Assembly: GCA_038214755.1 (NCBI GenBank)
Contig: JBBQRQ010000039.1
Location: 1 to 43,611, forward strand
Direction: 5' to 3'
Origin: Verrucomicrobiota bacterium
GTDB taxonomy: Bacteria; Verrucomicrobiota; Verrucomicrobiia; Limisphaerales; CANJXF01
Length of the DNA: 43,611 nt
A program made the translations under genes and the position numbers. Shown here one piece after another: positions 39,611-43,611 of this stretch. Under the pieces are notes generated by a model. It ran no database searches. It was not told the origin of the DNA and saw only the letters and a program-made list of their open reading frames with translations. Within the stretch, counting starts at the first letter, position 1, and every line of letters begins with the position of its first letter.

Positions 39611-40873
39611 ATGGACAGTTTATCGATCAAAGGCGGAGTTCCGCTCCACGGCGAAGTGACGATCAGCGGCGCAAAAAACGCCGTGCTGCCGATCATGGCG
39701 GCGACGCTTCTCACGTCGGAAACCTGCGTCATCCATCGCGTCCCCGATTTGAGCGACGTGAAGTTCATGGCGCAAATTCTCACGTCGTTGGGAGCAGAAG
39801 TTAAATTGGAAGGCGATACGTTGACCACTCGCGCCGCGAAAATCACGCCGGTGGGCGATTACGATTTGATCCGAAAAATGCGCGGCTCCATTTGCATCAT
39901 GGGTCCGTTGCTGGGACGGCTGCGCAAAGCGACCGTTTCCTTGCCCGGCGGTTGCGTCATCGGCGCGCGCCCGATTGATTTGCATTTGAAAGGATTTCAA
40001 GCGCTCGGCGCAAAAATAAAAATTGAGGCCGGCTACGTTCACGCGACCGCGCCGAAATTAAAAGGAGCCGATTTATTTTTAGGCGGTCGCGCCGGGCCAA
40101 CAGTTTTGGGCACGGCGAATATTATGATGGCGGCGGCGCTCGCCGAGGGAGTCACGATTATCGAGAGCGCCGCGTGCGAACCTGAAGTGGTCGATGTCGC
40201 AAATTTTTTGAACGCGATGGGCGCGAAAATAATGGGCGCGGGAAGTCCCACCATCACGATCACCGGCGAAAAAATGTTGCACGGCGCGGAACACGAAGTG
40301 ATACCCGACCGAATTGAGGCCGCGACGTTTGCCATCGCTGCGGCGGCGACGAGTGGCGAAGTGACCATTCACGGAGCGCGCGTCGAACACATGCACGCCG
40401 TGCTGGATAAACTTCGGGAGGCCGGTGTGAAAGTTGAACGGAGCGGCTCCGCGTTAAAAATAAAGCGCAACGGAAAATTGAAACCGGTTGATATAACGAC
40501 GTTGCCTTACTCTGGATTTCCCACCGACGCACAGGCGCAAATGATGGTGTTGATGGCGTTGACGCCGGGCATCAGTATCATCACGGAAAGAATTTTCGAG
40601 TCGCGCTTCATGCACGTGAGCGAACTCGCCCGGCTCGGAGCGGACATCGCGATTGAAGGGCCGAGTGCGATTGTCAAAGGCGGAAAACCGTTGAGCGGCG
40701 CGCCGGTGATGGCGAGCGATCTGCGCGCGTCGGCGGCATTGGTCATCGCGGGATTGGCCGCGAAGGGGACAACCCAGGTCAATCGGGTTTATCATTTGGA
40801 TCGCGGTTACGAAAAAATTGACGCAAAATTGCGCAAGCTCGGCGCGCGCATTGAACGCGGACCAGAAACATGA
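39611..40873 (+). CDS. murA: UDP-N-acetylglucosamine 1-carboxyvinyltransferase
   Basis: SGAKNAVLP, LPGGCVIGARPIDLH, PDRIEAAT, GFPTDAQ, ASDLRASAAL and HLDRGYE. Confidence 0.98.
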   Translation: MDSLSIKGGVPLHGEVTISGAKNAVLPIMAATLLTSETCVIHRVPDLSDVKFMAQILTSLGAEVKLEGDTLTTRAAKITPVGDYDLIRKMRGSICIMGPLLGRLRKATVSLPGGCVIGARPIDLHLKGFQALGAKIKIEAGYVHATAPKLKGADLFLGGRAGPTVLGTANIMMAAALAEGVTIIESAACEPEVVDVANFLNAMGAKIMGAGSPTITITGEKMLHGAEHEVIPDRIEAATFAIAAAATSGEVTIHGARVEHMHAVLDKLREAGVKVERSGSALKIKRNGKLKPVDITTLPYSGFPTDAQAQMMVLMALTPGISIITERIFESRFMHVSELARLGADIAIEGPSAIVKGGKPLSGAPVMASDLRASAALVIAGLAAKGTTQVNRVYHLDRGYEKIDAKLRKLGARIERGPET

Positions 40874-41277
40874 AAGCACTCATCGCCATTCTTATTATCG
40901 TCGGAGCCGCGTTCGGCGGCTGGCAAATTTATTCCTATTGGGTCGATGTCAAAGGAAAAGGGAAGACCAAAGAAACTTCCGTCGAGGCGCAGCCGCAAGT
41001 CAACGGCAGCCAATTGCCCGGATTGCTGCCGACATTGGAAGGGCCGCTCGCCACCGCGCAGGGCCAGGGCGCGTCGGGGTTGCGGCAGTTTCTCACTCGC
41101 TACGGCAAAACGATCAGCGATCCGCGGCTCGCCTCCATCGAACTGGATTACGTGGTGCTCGTGGCGCGGGAAAATCCCGGAGAAGCAAAAAAAGTTTTCG
41201 CGCGGGTGAAACAGCGCACGACGGCATCATCGCCCGTTTATCCGAGAGTCAAGCAGTTGGAAAAAACCTACGAATAG
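40870..41277 (+). CDS. Hypothetical membrane-anchored protein
   Basis: ATGA overlap with murA, an N-terminal TM and a helical body. Confidence 0.78.
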   Translation: MKALIAILIIVGAAFGGWQIYSYWVDVKGKGKTKETSVEAQPQVNGSQLPGLLPTLEGPLATAQGQGASGLRQFLTRYGKTISDPRLASIELDYVVLVARENPGEAKKVFARVKQRTTASSPVYPRVKQLEKTYE

Positions 41278-41374
41278 TGGGGCAGGCTTCCAGCCTGTCA
41301 CCGCGGGCATCTTGCCCGCGAATCGTGGTCTGGGGCTGGAAGCCCCATTGGCAGACAGGATGTCTGCCCCACTA
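41275..41374. repeat. REP-like composite hairpin overlapping the stop codon
   Basis: tagtggggcag ... ctgccccacta, with internal hairpins caggcttccagcctg and cgcgggcatcttgcccgcg. Confidence 0.75.
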
Positions 41375-41476
41375 CCTTGATAGCCGGGCCAAGAAGCGCA
41401 CAATCGCAACTGAGATTTAGTCTGGAAGTTTTTGAAAAAACTTTTATGGTGGAGCTGAACCCAAACCAAATAATTT

Positions 41477-41950
41477 ATGGATCTGATTTTTAAATGCGAG
41501 AATTGCGACCAGGAATTGTCTGTCAACCCATCGGGCGCCGGCACTCAAATCGAATGCCCAACGTGCAACCAGACCATCACCATTCCGCAGCCTGAGCCGC
41601 AAACCGTTCGCTCGCTCAATCCCATTTCCAGTTCGGCTGCGGCCAAGGAAGTGAAGCAATTTAATGTGCCCTTGCGTGACGCGCCCACCGAAGTTTTGGT
41701 CAAACAAGTCCAGCGCCCGTTGGAGGTCGCCAAAACGGAGAGCGAAAGAAAATTGCGCATCCGCACGATCAAACGCACCGAATGTCTGGAGGTTGGCCAT
41801 GATAAATTCGATGAAACTATTTCCGAATTTCTCACCAAAATCGGCAATGAGAATTTGGTCACCGTGACTCCGATCACTTACAGCCATTTCGATTTGAACT
41901 CGCGCCAAAACATGACCGATTACGGCGTGATCATCGTTTATAAAGGTTGA
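41477..41950 (+). CDS. Hypothetical protein with an N-terminal zinc ribbon
   Basis: FKCENCDQEL...IECPTCNQTITIP. Confidence 0.82.
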   Translation: MDLIFKCENCDQELSVNPSGAGTQIECPTCNQTITIPQPEPQTVRSLNPISSSAAAKEVKQFNVPLRDAPTEVLVKQVQRPLEVAKTESERKLRIRTIKRTECLEVGHDKFDETISEFLTKIGNENLVTVTPITYSHFDLNSRQNMTDYGVIIVYKG

Positions 41951-41962
41951 CGTTTCAGCGGG

Positions 41963-42112
41963 TAGCATCTGCCTCCGGCGGGTGCGAAAAGATTTTTCAT
42001 TTCGATGAGGGTTGTTCGATGTTTGAAAATGAGAACCAACATCCAAACCTGAACATCGAACAACCACCGTCGAATCAAGAAATGTCTTCGCACCCGCCGG
42101 AGGCAGATGCTA
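41963..42112. repeat. 150-bp long palindrome between convergent genes
   Basis: Perfect 26-bp IR tagcatctgcctccggcgggtgcgaa / ttcgcacccgccggaggcagatgcta. Inner IR ggttgttcgatgtt / aacatcgaacaacc. Confidence 0.85.
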
Positions 42113-42124
42113 TTCCAATGAAAA

Positions 42125-43036
42125 TTATCGATTCAACAAACGACGATCGCTCCCCGGCGCAGGTTGAGGTTGAGTAGTTTTTTGCGGAGGAATGCGGGGA
42201 AAGTTCGTCGGCGCAAGTGTCCCCGACGGTTGGCCGTTTGGGATCTGCAGTTGATTATTAACTCCATTCACACCGCGCATTGCTCTGACCCGAGTCTCGA
42301 TATCTTGTCTCTCGGCCGCGTTCGCAACTGTGCCTTGCAATGTCACCGTTCCATTTTGGTTCATCACCTGGATAGTGGAACGAGTTTGTGGAAAGAAGAC
42401 TCTGGTTGCGCCGGTTTGCGCCAGGGCGGCTTCGAGGTGTTGGGCAAACGCCTGGTCGCCCGTGACTCCGGTTTGAGCATTCAACACATCCGTTGGTTCC
42501 GCTTGACCTACGACACGCGCCCTCAAATTAGCCGGAGGGGCAATCGTGCTGGCCGCTCCACTCGCCTCGTTCAAAACCGTCCCGCCCGCCGTCGGCCTGT
42601 TCGTGGGCGGCGCGGGCAAATTAGTTTTATTGCGCGACGGAAAGTTAGTGTCGCGCCGTGGAAAGTTGGTCGGAGCCAAACCGGAATTCGTGCGGAAGCT
42701 CGGCTGGTTGCTCGGCGCAAAATTAATTTGATTCGTCCCTCCAAACGAGGGTTGGTTCGTGCCGCCGAATCCCGGGCGGTCCTGCGGGTTGAGCAAGACG
42801 CGTTGGCGCGACTCATCAATGGGCGCGATGTCAACCGCGCCGCCGGGTTGTGTAGCAGGTGGGTTAGGCGCTGCCGGTGTTTGTGGAGTTGCCGGGCGAG
42901 CGGCTGTCCCAACGGATGGACGGTTAGTGGTCCCACCACCTTTTCCAGGATTGGCCGTGCCTCCAGACGGCGTTTGACTCTGAGCCAGCGCCGCGCCAAA
43001 AACGAGGACGGCGATTAAAATAGAATTCTTCTTCAT
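42125..43036 (-). CDS. Secreted Pro/Thr/Asn-rich BON domain protein
   Basis: Signal peptide MKKNSILIAV. IQVMNQNGTVTLQGTVANAAERQDIE......GVNGVNNQLQI is a BON domain. Confidence 0.85.
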   Translation of the reverse strand: MKKNSILIAVLVFGAALAQSQTPSGGTANPGKGGGTTNRPSVGTAARPATPQTPAAPNPPATQPGGAVDIAPIDESRQRVLLNPQDRPGFGGTNQPSFGGTNQINFAPSNQPSFRTNSGLAPTNFPRRDTNFPSRNKTNLPAPPTNRPTAGGTVLNEASGAASTIAPPANLRARVVGQAEPTDVLNAQTGVTGDQAFAQHLEAALAQTGATRVFFPQTRSTIQVMNQNGTVTLQGTVANAAERQDIETRVRAMRGVNGVNNQLQIPNGQPSGTLAPTNFPRIPPQKTTQPQPAPGSDRRLLNR

Positions 43037-43202
43037 AATTATTTCCTTGTTAATTTTCGCCGTAGAAATAGTCCGGCTCGAAAACGACGGGAAAACTTCA
43101 ACTGACGGCAAACCCTTCTCAATGGATGCCTTTGCCGAATTAACAGTCAGGAAAAACTTTACCGGACAAGTCCAAGACTAGCGCGGATGACTGCGAGTCA
43201 AC

Positions 43203-43611
43203 TCACAATTTTTTTCCAAAGTGCGGATCGACTTTGACAAGAAACGCCACAGCGAAACCAGGAATCGTCGCCAACATCACCCAGATAAAAAAATGTTTGT
43301 AACCGATGAGTTCCTCGAGCCAGCCGCTCCACATTCCCGGCAGCATCATCCCCAGCGCCATGAAGCCCGTGCAGATCGCGTAGTGCGCGGTCTTGTTCTC
43401 CCCTTCGGCGAAGAGCATGAGGTAGAGCATGTAGGCCGTGAACCCGAAGCCGTAACCAAACTGCTCGATCGCAATCGCCCCGCCCACCACCGCGAACGAG
43501 TCGGGCTGCGCCAGCGAGAGATACACATAGACGAGATTCGGCACGTTGAGCGCGAGCGCCATCGGCCAGAGCAGCTTCTTCAAGCCCAGCCGCGACACCG
43601 CCCAGCCGCCA
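43203..43611 (-). CDS. ampG: AmpG-like MFS permease (C-terminal part; runs off the window end)
   Basis: IEQFGYGFGFTAYMLY, KTAHYAICTGFMALGMMLPGMWSG and GYKHFFIWV. Confidence 0.8.
   Translation of the reverse strand, partial: GGWAVSRLGLKKLLWPMALALNVPNLVYVYLSLAQPDSFAVVGGAIAIEQFGYGFGFTAYMLYLMLFAEGENKTAHYAICTGFMALGMMLPGMWSGWLEELIGYKHFFIWVMLATIPGFAVAFLVKVDPHFGKKL

Overview
Bacterial chromosomal segment, most likely Verrucomicrobiota subdivision 3 (Pedosphaera-like). This is inferred from the DUF1501 gene, secreted proteins carrying an 'F[FY]RL'-ending domain, and the repeat families present. Left end (1-4.2 kb): an accessory patch with a partial multi-PAS sensor, a receiver-only regulator, a 21-bp-periodic tract, UbiD and IS200 remnants, an FGE-sulfatase-fold secreted protein and two tiny paralogous orphan genes coupled to DUF1501. 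6.0-16.9 kb: a 10-gene uncharacterised envelope operon (GYF2/Zn/RDD, two Zn-finger membrane proteins, another membrane protein, DUF4129, DUF4350, MoxR AAA+, DUF58, SpoIIM-like, RDD). The remainder is housekeeping (ligA, iscS-like, dnaN flanked by DnaA-box-like motifs as a candidate oriC, family-4 UDG, proC, prfA, rpmE, prmC, murA, ampG-like) interleaved with several small toxin-antitoxin-type modules. The most striking window-wide feature is a dense, modular set of palindromic REP/MITE-like elements. They sit at operon stop/start junctions and also in frame inside the DUF4129, DUF58 and ligA genes. In addition, the LigA zinc finger has a ~57-aa insertion that reads as a separate small ORF in the +1 frame. 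No rRNA, tRNA, CRISPR array or intact transposase was seen. All family assignments come from motif recognition, not database searches.
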